A DNA stretch of 63,843 nucleotides, filler included, from Octopus bimaculoides (lineage: Eukaryota), in NCBI RefSeq assembly GCF_001194135.2. It is 5 parts of 4 records of this genome, joined end to end, with 100 filler letters (N's around TTAATTAATTAA, not from the genome) between each part and the next. Parts side by side here need not be neighbours in the genome. Positions count along the whole stretch, not along the records: positions 50,306 to 61,085 come from NC_069009.1; positions 61,186 to 63,843 come from NC_068998.1; 3 more parts are not named here. The stretch is one strand, 5' to 3'. The translations under genes and the position numbers were made by a program. A model generated the notes under the pieces. The model was not told the origin of the DNA. It did no database searches and saw only the letters and a program-made list of their open reading frames with translations. Of the stretch, positions 53,838 to 63,843 are shown in pieces (position 1 is the first letter of the stretch; every line of letters starts with the position of its first letter).

Positions 53838-54194
53838 GTGAGTATAGCTTTTTTTTTTTATTTGGGTGAGGGTCATTGAAAATCAACTGGTTGGTCTGTT
53901 CTGGAGAGGAAATTTGTCAATTTGTCCTGTGGCTAAGGATTGTTTACAGAAATCTTTGCCCTGATGTTGCTACTGCAGAAATGAGAATTGCTAGTTCATG
54001 ACAAACTCTAGAGTAGGGATTCCAGCTTTGAGTACCTGTACTCACTGAGCGGTTGAATAACATCTCAGTAAGTGCAACAAAGATGAAATATATACATTAT
54101 ATTCAAAATATAAACAATAATAAACTAACAGTAAGATGGAAAATAATTTTTATTTTTTTATACTTCCACTCGAGCTCTAAGGATTTTCGAGCGA

Positions 54195-54485
54195 GATCAT
54201 TGCCAGTGCCCCTGGATTGACTCTTGTGTGGGTGGCACATAAAATACACCATTTTGAGCGTGGCCGTTGCCAGTACCACCTGACTGGCCTTCGTGCGGGT
54301 GACACGTAAAAGCACCCACTACACTCTCTGAGTGGTTGGCATTAGGAAGGGCATCCAGCTGTAGAAACTCTGCCAAATCAGATTGGAGCCTGGTGTAGCC
54401 ATCTGGTTTCACCAGTCCTCAGTCAAATCGTCCAACCCATGCCAGCATGGAAAGCGGACGTTAAACGATGATGATGATGATGACT
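54195..54485 (+). mobile_element. SINE/retroposon family E, (GAT)n tail
   Basis: Near-identical copy at 57840-58160; decayed copies at 53400 and 59060. Confidence 0.85.
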
Positions 54486-54672
54486 ACCATGTTGAATTGC
54501 TGTTTGTATGCAAATATTAAGATATTTGAATAATTTAAAGTGTTCTGAAATCCGTGAGTTATGTTCTTTCTGAATGAAACCTAAAACACCATTTTAAATT
54601 TCGCACCATGTTAATGGCCTTTCCCATGCACCATGTGTTCCTAAAGCTGCTTTTATCTCTATTTCAACTCAG

Positions 54673-54726
54673 GATTTGCTGTTTTGCCCAGACTTTACTG
54701 TAGCCTCAAGCAGAAAATCTGGACCG
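54673..54726 (+). CDS. HID1: HID1 internal coding exon B (DLLFCPDFTVASSRKSGP)
   Basis: ttcaactcag acceptor, CCG|gtaagt donor, 54 nt phase 0/0; DLLFCPDFTV is the conserved HID1 motif. Confidence 0.95.
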
Positions 54727-54775
54727 GTAAGTGATTGCTGCTGCTACTACTACTACTGCTACTACTACTACCCCC

Positions 54776-54929
54776 CCCCATAGTCCTGTTTATATTACAT
54801 GCTTTCACTACTACTACTACTACTATTACTATTACTACTACCTCACATAGTCCTGTTTATATTACATGCTTTCACTACTACTACTACTATTACTACTACC
54901 CCCATAGTCCTGTTTATATTACATGCTTT

Positions 54930-54966
<37 letters not shown>

Positions 54967-55575
54967 GCTATTACTACTACCCCCCATAGTCCTGTTTATA
55001 TTACATGCTTTCACTACTACTACTACTACTACTGCTATTATTACTACCCCCCCCATAGTCCTGTTTATATTACATGCTTTCNNNNNNNNNNNNNNNNNNN
55101 NNNNNNNNNNNNNNNNNNNNNNNNNNNNNNNNNNNNNNNNNNNNNNNNNNNNNNNNNNNNNNNNNNNNNNNNNNNNNNNNNNNNNNNNNNNNNNNNNNNN
55201 NNNNNNNNNNNNNNNNNNNNNNNNNNNNNNNNNNNNNNNNNNNNNNNNNNNNNNNNNNNNNNNNNNNNNNNNNNNNNNNNNNNNNNNNNNNNNNNNNNNN
55301 NNNNNNNNNNNNNNNNNNNNNNNNNNNNNNNNNNNNNNNNNNNNNNNNNNNNNNNNNNNNNNNNNNNNNNNNNNNNNNNNNNNNNNNNNNNNNNNNNNNN
55401 NNNNNNNNNNNNNNNNNNNNNNNNNNNNNNNNNNNNNNNNNNNNNNNNNNNNNNNNNNNNNNNNNNNNNNNNNNNNNNNNNNNNNNNNNNNNNNNNNNNN
55501 NNNNNNNNNNNNNNNNNNNNNNNNNNNNNNACTATTACTACTACCTCACATAGTCCTGTTTATATTACATGCTTT

Positions 55576-55612
<37 letters not shown>

Positions 55613-55660
55613 GCTATTACTACTACCCCCCATAGTCCTGTTTATATTACATGCTTTCGC
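54776..55660. repeat. Minisatellite: constant CATAGTCCTGTTTATATTACATGCTTTC + variable (CTA)n
   Basis: At least 7 visible units flanking a 449-nt gap, starting about 50 nt after the HID1 exon B donor. Confidence 0.95.
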
Positions 55661-55850
55661 TGCACTACTGAGTGCAGCTCTGTATTCATGTGCAGTATTC
55701 TTTGTTGTAATTTTTGCTGTATTGAAGGTACCTTACATAATATTTGTGTGGTACCTAGCAGGGTTGTTTTCTCTATGCTATACATATTTGTAAGTAATGG
55801 GGTTTCAGTTAGGAATTTATCTGCATGTTCTTTCCAAATCATTTCCAATG
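55657..55850 (-). mobile_element. R4/Dong-like LINE 3' end
   Basis: EKTTLLGTTQILCKVPSIQ* and family tail; another copy at 56462-56640. Confidence 0.8.
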
Positions 55851-56643
55851 TACCTATTATTATTATTGAGTGAGAGAGCAGTGCATGCTATCAAAGTGAC
55901 ACTAGGGTACAAACATACAAAGCCCAATATATCTATCATGACTACCCGTCTGATAAGAGTACACCACGCACATGCATCACAACTGTATGTGCATGACATG
56001 GTGATCTCAAATCAAGATAAACAGTGCATGACCTTGCAGGTGGGGCCCTGTTAGAATTTTCTTCATGTCAAGTAGCCCATCCCACTCAGAAGGTCCTTGA
56101 ATAAGGTTTGTTTAAGGATGATGTATGAAACACCCATGTTTCCAAAGGTGAATTATTCAAACCCCGAAGAATTCCTCTCAACCCATGGCTATGATGCTCC
56201 TCCACTACTTCTGCTTGTGATTGGAGATGCACATATCATCAGCCACCAAGGGACATGCTCAACTGGTTACGGTTTATACCAAGACAAAGCATGTACATGA
56301 TAACACTTCCAATTAGTTATGACCAGAAGCCATGAGAGCCACTGCCTTGTACTACATCAGGGCATTTATTATTATTATTATTATGTAAGAGATTTACCCT
56401 GCCTCCTCTGAAATTGCTGGCTAATACTTAAAACAATTATTATTATTATTATTATTATTATTCAGTAGTTTTATTTTTATAACGTGCTTTCACTTCACTA
56501 CCGAGCGCAGCTCTGTGTGCCTTGGGTATGTGCTGTGGTTTGCTGTGGTGCTCTTATGTTTACTGTATTGAAAGTGTTTTGCGTAGGATGTGTGCAGTAC
56601 CCAGTAGTGCAATTTTCTGTATGTTATATATATTTGTATGTCC

Positions 56644-56677
<34 letters not shown>

Positions 56678-56950
56678 TATGCTAGTAGAATTGTTAGCAC
56701 ACCAGGCAAAATGCTTAGATGCATTTTGTTTGATTTTATGGTCTGAGTTCAAATTCTGCCAAGGTCGATTTTACCTTTTTCATCCTTTTGGGGTCAATAA
56801 ATTAAGTACCAGTGAAATACCGGTGTTGATGTAATCGACTAGTCCCCTCCCCACAAATTTCAGGCCTTGAGCCTTTAGTAGAAAGGATCATTATTATCAT
56901 CATCATCATCATCATTATTATTATCATTATTATTATTATTTCTTTACTAG

Positions 56951-57119
56951 GACAACCCAGAGGACATGCACAGTATCGACAGTTGTGAGTACATCTGGGA
57001 GAAGGGCGTTGGCTTTGCCCACTCCCCACCACACAATATCACACATGACCAGAGCAGAACTGAACTCCTGAAGCTGCTTCTCACATGCTTCTCAGAAACC
57101 ATGTACTTACCACCAATAG
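56951..57119 (+). CDS. HID1: HID1 internal coding exon C (DNPEDMHSIDSCEYIWEKGVGFAHSPPHNITHDQSRTELLKLLLTCFSETMYLPPI)
   Basis: tctttactag acceptor, TAG|gtaagt donor, 169 nt phase 0/1; near-identical to HID1 DSCEYIWEAGVGFAHSP...ELLKLLLTCFSEAMYLPP. Confidence 0.97.
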
Positions 57120-57198
57120 GTAAGTGTCTGTCTGTTTGTCTGACTGCCAACCCGCTCACCTACCTACCATCCACCCGCCCATATACTGTACATTAGTT

Positions 57199-57423
57199 CA
57201 GTGGTTCCCAAACATTTTCAGGCTGCTGCCCCCTTGACCACATTCCTAGTGCCCCCACTTATAGCAACTGTATTTCACAAATAAAACTTAACCTAATGAA
57301 CCCATTATTTTGTTATTTTCACATGAGTCGCTACCCCATTATCACCCCCACTTTTCTTCAATGCTCCCTTGGAACTTTCCACTACCCCCAGGTGGGCAAT
57401 ACCACACACTTTGGGAACCACTG
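57199..57423. mobile_element. hAT (Charlie-type) MITE
   Basis: TIRs CAGTGGTTCCCAAA / TTTGGGAACCACTG. Confidence 0.85.
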
Positions 57424-57530
57424 CATACTGTATGGTAAGCGACGGAGTGCCAACAAAACAAATTTTCCTCTACCTACCACCACGGTTTGTTTTTTTTATG
57501 GTGTCACTCATACTACTTCTTTTTCTCCAG

Positions 57531-57588
57531 CTGACGCTCACAATCAACCAAACCAGTGGATACAGTATTTTACCTCTACAGAGAATCG
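57531..57588 (+). CDS. HID1: HID1 internal coding exon D (ADAHNQPNQWIQYFTSTENR)
   Basis: ttttctccag acceptor, TCG|gtaagt donor, 58 nt phase 1/2; matches HID1 NPWVQFFCSTENR. Confidence 0.95.
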
Positions 57589-57609
57589 GTAAGTTTATCA
57601 CTGTTGTTG

Positions 57610-57654
<45 letters not shown>

Positions 57655-58209
57655 ACTTCTCAGAGCTCTTGATTTTACTTACTCTGGTTAATTCTGTGAG
57701 AGTAGACCACAACCTGTTGTCAAGGATCTCACAGGGTCTCTTTTCACAATTCTTTAAAAACCCAAGTATCTCAATCTCAAAATCCTCTCTGTCTCCAATA
57801 GAGTAGTTTTTTGAGCATATTATTATTATTATTATTATTACTGACCGAGACCTTTGGAAATGTGCTGTGCGTGAGAAGACCCAGCAAGCCAAGTGAGATC
57901 GTTGCCAGTGCCCCTGGACTGGCTCTTGTGCGGGTGGCATGTAAAAGACACCATTTCGAGCGTGGCCGTTTTCGTGCGGGTGACACGTAAAAGCACCCAT
58001 TACACTCAGAGTGTTTGGCGTTAGGAAGGGCATCCAGCTGTAGAAACTCTGCCAAATCAGATTGGAGCCTGGTGTAGCCATCTGGTTTCACCAGTCCTCA
58101 GTCAAATCGTCCAACCCATGCTAGCATGGAAAGCGGACGTTAAACGATGATGATGATGATGAGTAAGAGAGCAGTGCATGCCATCAAAGTGACACTGGGG
58201 TACAAATAT

Positions 58210-58575
58210 TTGTTGTTGTTGGCACTCCGTCGCTTACGACTTTGAGAGTTCTAGTCGATCCGATCAACGGAACAGCCTGCTCATGAAATTAATGTGCAAG
58301 TGGCTGAGCACTCCACAGACACGTGTACCCTTAACGTAGTTCTCGGGGAGATTCAGCGTGACATAGTGTGACAAGGCTGACCCTTTGAATTACAGGCACA
58401 ACAGAAACAGGAAGTAAGAATGAGAGAAAGATGTGGTGAAATAGTACAGCACCGTCCCCTGCCGGATCCTTGTGGAGCTTTAGGTGTTTTCGCTCAATAA
58501 ACACTCACAATGCTCGGTCTGGGAATTCATGACCGCGAGTCCGCTGCCCTAAACACTGGGCCATTGCACCTCCAC
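58210..58575 (-). mobile_element. SINE family C nested in family D, 11-bp TSD
   Basis: TSD ggtacaaatat at 58199-58209 and 58576-58586. Confidence 0.9.
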
Positions 58576-59513
58576 GGTACAAATATATGAAGCCCAATAT
58601 ACACATCATGATTACCCGTCTGATAAGGGTACACCAGGCACATGCATCACAACTATATGTGTGCTACATGGTAATCTTATATCAAGATAAACAGCGCATA
58701 ACCTCACAGGTGGGGGCCCAGTTAGAATTTTCTTCAGGTCGAGTAGTCCATCCTGCTCAAAAGGTCACTGAATAAGGGTTGTTTAAGGGTGCTGAATGAA
58801 AAACCCATGTTTCCAAAGGTGAATTATCCAAACCCCAACGAATTCCTCTATGATGCTCTCCCACTACTTCTGCTCATGATCAGAGATGCGCATATCGTCA
58901 GCCACCAAGGGACATGCTCAAGTTGTTAAGGTAAAGCAACTGTGGTATTAAGCAGAATATTTGCTGTAGCCCATCTTTTATACCAAGACAAAACAATGTA
59001 CATGATAACACTTCCAATCAGTTAAGATCAAAAGCCATGAGAGCCAGTGCCTCGGGATTGTGTGTGCTGGTGCCACATATAAAAGTAACCATGTTGGTGC
59101 CATGTAAAGGCATCTGTGCCAGTGTTGTGTAACAGCACCCAGCTCACTCTGTACCTTGGTTGGCATTAGGAAAGGCATCCAGCCATAGAAACCATGCCAA
59201 AACAGACATGGAGGTTGGGTAGCTCTTCAAGTGGCCAGCTCCTGTCAAACCGTCCAACCCATACCAGCATGGAAAAGGGACGTTTGATGGTGATGATGAT
59301 TAAGGCAGCAAGCTGGCTGAATTGTTAACATGCTGGGGAAAATGTTTAGCAGCATTTCATCCATCTTTACATTCTGAGTTCAAATTCTGCCAAGGTTGAC
59401 TTTTCCTTTCATCCTTTCAGGGTCGATAAAATAAGTACCATTGAAACACTGGGACTGGTGTAATTGACTTATCCCGCTCTTGAAATTGCTGGCCTTGTGC
59501 CAAAATTTGAAAC

Positions 59514-59550
<37 letters not shown>

Positions 59551-60128
59551 AGGGGGCAAGCTGGCAGAATTGTTGGCATACTGGATAAATTGCTAAGTGG
59601 CATTTCTTGAAACCCTGATGTTCTGATGTTCACTTTACTTTTCCTCCCTTTGGGGCTGATAAAATAAGTACCAGTTGAGCACTGGGGTTGATGTAATCGA
59701 CTAATCCCCTTCTGCAACATGTCAGGCTTTGTGCCTATAGTAGAAAGGATTATCCTTATTATGTCTACAACAGGTGCAGACATGACTGTGATGGTGAATC
59801 AAAGCCTTACAAATTAATTTGATTAACAAAAACTGTGCTGAAGCTCATTGTATATAACTGTGTGTGTGAGTGCATTTGATTCCCACTGCATCTCTGACAA
59901 CTGGTGTTGATTTGTAACTTATTGGTTCATCAAAAGGAGATTAAGTTCCAAACTTCAAAAGAAAGTATTGAGAGAGATTTGATTGACTGAACCCATGTGC
60001 TGTACCATGGCCACAATTTAACGACAGAAATTGGTGAAAGAATGTCAAATGAGTTTCTGATGCATTACAAGGTACACATCCGTACTCTTGATGCATATGC
60101 AATATGCCTTTGAGAGGTAGTTACAAGA

Positions 60129-60390
60129 AAATAGACAGAGAGAGGAGACAGCATGCCTGTGGGTTAGAGGCTGGAGTGTGTCTGAGTGGTTTAATGCCAA
60201 GAGGAAGAGAGGCCATTATAGAAAAGACAGAGAGAGGAGACAGCATGCCTGTGAGTTAGAGGCTAGAGTGTGTCTGTGAGTGGGTTAATGCCAAGAGAAA
60301 GAGAGGCCATTCTAGAAGTAACAGAAAAGACAGAGAGAGGAGACAGCATGTCTGTGGATCAGAGGGTGGAGTGTGTCTGAGTGAACTTAA
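60129..60390. repeat. Tandem repeat, about 95-100-bp unit, about 2.6 copies
   Basis: agacagagagaggagacagcatg(c/t)ctgtg recurs three times. Confidence 0.9.
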
Positions 60391-60505
60391 ACCATAAAGG
60401 AAGTGACATAATTTACTATCACAATGTATTTCGTTTGATGCTCTACTAATTCTACTGACCCACAGTCTTAAAATTTTCAATCTCTCTTTTTTCACTGTTT
60501 TTCAG

Positions 60506-60734
60506 CCATGCTCTGCCGCTTTTCACCTCCATGTTAAATGTAGTCTGTGCCTACGACCCTGTTGGGTATGGAGTGCCCTACAACCACCTGATGTTCACTG
60601 ATTCTCGTGAACCACTTGTTGAGATGGCCCTCCAGGTCCTCTGTGTCACCTTGGAGAATGATTCTGACTCCAACAGGAATATATCAGTGGATGGCACCAG
60701 TGCTGGAAGTACCGCCATGGAACAAAACACTGAT
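60506..60734 (+). CDS. HID1: HID1 internal coding exon E (HALPLFTSMLNVVCAYDPVGYGVPYNHLMFTDSREPLVEMALQVL...MEQNTD)
   Basis: tttttcag acceptor, GAT|gtaagt donor, 229 nt phase 2/0; matches HID1 HALPLFTSLLNTVCAYDPVGYGIPYNHLLFSDYREPLVE. The five exons total 555 nt = 185 aa in one frame. Confidence 0.97.
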
Positions 60735-60851
60735 GTAAGTATTTGCTAATTACTGAGCTAATTTGTATGCGCATATATATATATATGTGTGTGTGTATAT
60801 ATGCATATATAACACAAAAACCGTTAGATTCACTTCAACATTTGAATTTAA

Positions 60852-60902
60852 TTTGTCAAAATATTTTCGTCGCTTTAAGACCGCGACCTGTTCACTGACA
60901 AA
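60852..60902 (-). ncRNA. Minimal type-I hammerhead-like motif, G3:C8 variant (left arm)
   Basis: Same core and helices on the minus strand; differences are confined to the helix II loop. Confidence 0.6.
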
Positions 60903-60919
60903 GAGATGCAGCACAGAAT

Positions 60920-60970
60920 TTTGTCAGTGAACAGGTCGCAATCTCAAAGCGACGAAAATATTTTGACAAA
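60920..60970 (+). ncRNA. Minimal type-I hammerhead-like motif, G3:C8 core variant (right arm)
   Basis: TTTGTCA-GTGAACA-g-GTCGC aatctcaaa GCGAC-GAA-AATATT-T-TGACAAA: helix I 7 bp, helix II 5 bp, palindromic helix III, UUU site. Confidence 0.6.
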
Positions 60971-61085
60971 TTAAATTTAAATGTTGAAGTGAATCTAACA
61001 GTTTTTGTGTGTTATTTTAAATGGCTTATAAACACCTTCCACGCTGTAATTGTCTATATATGTATATATATATATATATATATAT

Positions 61086-61185
61086 NNNNNNNNNNNNNNN
61101 NNNNNNNNNNNNNNNNNNNNNNNNNNNNNTTAATTAATTAANNNNNNNNNNNNNNNNNNNNNNNNNNNNNNNNNNNNNNNNNNNN
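61086..61185. other. Assembly linker gap
   Basis: 44N + TTAATTAATTAA + 44N; HID1 exons stop before it. Confidence 0.95.
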
Positions 61186-61606
61186 AACTAAGGAAACCAT
61201 ACAGATCTAGAGACTGCATCTAGAATAATCTGTGTGTAAAGAAACACCTGGCATCCGACCGGCCGCACTTGTAAATTTGGTGAAACGGAACCTCAGGTGT
61301 ACAATCTTAAAAGATCTCATTTGTTAAAAAATACATTTAATTTCATCCTATAATTTATTTTTCTTTCACCACAGCAACAAAAGAACGCTACCAACAGTAA
61401 TCAAGGCATCATCTTGAACAGGAATGTCTGTGTGGTAAGAAGCTTACTTCCCAACCACATGGTTCTGGGTTCAGTCCCATCACTTGGCACCTTGAGCAAG
61501 TGCCTTCTCCTACAGCCTTGTGAGTGGATTTGGTAGATGGAAACTGAAACGAGCCCATCATATGTTTGTGTTTGCACGCCCTGCCAATCGCCTGACAAAG
61601 GCTTGC

Positions 61607-61637
<31 letters not shown>

Positions 61638-62249
61638 TGGGCTCGATTTGTTCAACTAAAGCTGGTGCTCCAGCATAGCCGCAGTCAATAAAAGAATAGA
61701 TGCATCGGAACGATACTAGGACACACATTCTGATCCCCCAATAATCATCTCTTTACAGCCACAGCCATTTAAACATTTTCTCAATGGCCTCTTCACTGTT
61801 CTTCATGGAATTTCTTTCTTCTCATTCCTGTAACATCCATAGACTTATCCACAATGCTTGATGCTATACACCAACCTCCTACTCAATAACAAACCTGTGA
61901 CAAACCACTTTAATCTCCCAAATGCTCACATCTTCAGAAGAATCATAACATTTGCCAGTGCAATTAAACTTGTATTGTCAGTGGAATTTTTTTTTTTCCT
62001 TTCAATATTCTTTGCCGGGTAAGTTAATTTAAAAATAAATATTCACACAACTGAATTAAAAAAAAAAAAAAAAAAAAAAAAAGAGGGACAGGAGAAAAGA
62101 AACTATGTGAAATCTCTAAAAAGTACCAACACTTTTAAAGATACCCACACAACAAAAACCATAAAAGAAACATTTAGAATCTTACAACAATCATATTACT
62201 ACTAACAATAAATGAAAATGATGCTTTCTACTGTAGACCCAATACCAGT

Positions 62250-62600
62250 AATTCCAAGCGGAGGGAGTAAGTCAATGATATTGCTCCGGGTGTTCAAGTT
62301 GGTATTCATTTTATCACTCTCGAAAAGGACGGGGGAAGTGAAATTCATCTCAATAGATTTTGCATTCAGAATCAAACAAGCAGGAAACGCTAAGGATTTT
62401 GTCCAACGTTCAATCGAGTCTGCCAGTTTGTTAAACCCCACTCACCTATCCCGCTTGATATTTTTGCCACTAAATTGCCAAAACGACAGTTCATTGCAAC
62501 AAGTTACAAAAACAGAAAAAAGAAAAAATTTCGTTTATACAAATGCTTAAGAAAACTCCGCGAAAAGAACCATCAGTTAGAGCCAATCACAAAATTCCTA
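62250..62600 (-). promoter_or_regulatory. Candidate promoter/first-exon region (CpG-retaining, CCAAT box)
   Basis: About 13 CpG in 350 bp amid CpG-poor DNA; AGCCAATCA (NF-Y consensus) at 62581-62589; minus-strand donor TAG|gtgagt at 62446. Confidence 0.35.
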
Positions 62601-63747
62601 CACATCTAGCATTGCCCAGTCTTGTACACTGAGACCACACTTACCCAACCCGTTGACCAATAGTAAATGCACAAGGTCAGAAATCTGGGAGGAGTCAATG
62701 ATTAAAACCAACCCAAGATTTTGACCTGTAAGTTTGTTCACCACTAAGGTCTGAAAGACAAATTTGACTACAGAAGGGATTTGAACTGAAAAAGTAAAAA
62801 ATCTAAAAGATATTCCATAAGGGATTTTGTTGCATGCTTTCATGATTCTGCCAATCCAAACAGCCTGACAATGATGATGGTTCCACATCACTCGCAGGGA
62901 ACTAAACAGAACAGAAAATGAGGAGTGGAGTTTAGGAGGTGGGATTAATCAAATTGATCTGAATACTTGACTGCTATTTCTTTTCGTTAAACCACCCCAC
63001 CAAGAAATGTGAATAGATAAATAAATAAAATGAAAAGCAAAGCTCACTGCAGCAGCATTTGAGCTAAGAAAGTAAAAATGCATCACTAAATATAAATGCT
63101 CTCATTTTTCCAATCCATCACCACAAACATTGTGGATAATATTAATAATAATTTTTTTTTAATAAAAAAGGAAAAAAGAGGGTGCAAAGTGGATTGCAGA
63201 AATGAAATATTCCTAAAACACATGGAATGCATGTAGCTAATAAAATGTGAAACAAAACTAACTACAATCTAGTAAGACAGCCATGCCACAACTAACAAAA
63301 GCTCCAGACTGCTTTTGACTAATCATATATATATATAATATATTATATAGGGTATACAATATATGGTATACATATACTTCTGTGGTTAATATGAAGCCAA
63401 AAAATTCAAGATAAACAACTATCAGCAATAGGATTTGTTTTATTTCCAGTTAGCAGTGCTGTAGCTCAATAATGTAACACTTAGTGCTCAGGTTTTGAGA
63501 AGATCTGCTTACCTGAAAATGACAAGCACGCAAATCTAAAAAAAAAGTAACTTTACACCCGGTTCTCTAAACCCTGTTTGAGCCCCAGATAGATAAAAAT
63601 TCAAGCCCCCACTGATTTTTTTTTTTATTTGTTAGTTTTTCTTTTTTTTTAATTTTATTTTCCCTCCCACCACCCGCCCGCCATACATGGAGCATATCAG
63701 CACTCTCTCTTAGGCTTTCCTAGAAAGCAACCAATTAAAGAACTTAC

Positions 63748-63791
63748 CAGTTTGGAATCACTCATCTCACGACGAGCAACATCACACACAG
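63748..63791 (-). CDS. Candidate exon of an unidentified minus-strand gene ((A)VCDVARREMSDSKL)
   Basis: CTG|gtaagt donor, ttttaag acceptor, one open frame; product not recognised. Confidence 0.35.
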
Positions 63792-63843
63792 CTTAAAAAC
63801 CCTATTTCAAATAAAACATTTAAAATAATCTTACACGATATAT

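Larger units (their letters stand above)
60809..61015. repeat. Fold-back element with about 94-bp arms
   Basis: aacacaaaaaccgttag...cactgacaaa is inverted as tttgtcagtg...ctaacagtttttgtgtgtt; about 17-nt spacer. Confidence 0.95.
1..63843. repeat. Pervasive microsatellites (AT, AC, AG, TAA, TACA, GAT, CAA, ATAG)
   Basis: Visible throughout; most N gaps are bordered by them. Confidence 0.99.

Noticed and set aside
54776-55660. CRISPR-like repeat-spacer look
   Set aside because: Spacers are (CTA)n microsatellites, the context is a eukaryotic intron and there are no cas genes.
62212-62550. 112-aa plus-strand ORF in the last segment
   Set aside because: No HID1 or other recognisable similarity and no flanking + strand splice sites.
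63748-63765. MSDSKL resembling the HID1 N-terminus (MGSTDSKL)
   Set aside because: No Gly2, not followed by NFRKAV, opposite strand and downstream of the internal exons.

Overview
Eukaryotic, AT-rich, very repeat-dense genomic DNA with many N gaps. The SINE, LINE and microsatellite landscape points to an octopod cephalopod, probably an Octopus draft assembly (inference from repeat recognition, not a database hit). Four fixed 100-bp gaps (44 N + TTAATTAATTAA + 44 N) at 9741, 39658, 50206 and 61086 split the window into five segments whose true adjacency is uncertain. The only confidently identifiable host gene is HID1: five phase-consistent + strand exons at 53793-60734 encoding 185 aa of the N-terminal half. 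Its first and later exons are not visible here. The rest is tRNA-derived SINEs, R4/Dong-like and RTE LINE fragments, Penelope-like elements (PLEs), Tc1/mariner, Tigger, piggyBac, hAT and Helitron relics. The most striking unannotated signal is a set of minimal type-I hammerhead ribozyme motifs. Two fold-back elements each carry twin head-to-head hammerheads (48314-48566, canonical core; 60809-61015, G3:C8 core), and there is a U3:A8 variant (47644-47686) and a decayed copy in a PLE (48800-48877). Also notable: an ORF1-only (HAL1-like) retroelement inserted with a 20-bp TSD into a Tigger-type TIR, whose 3' tail is shared with a SINE family. Most long ORFs in the supplied track are microsatellite or gap artefacts. 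TE boundaries are approximate unless a TSD or TIR is quoted, and all protein and family assignments are by-eye motif recognition.
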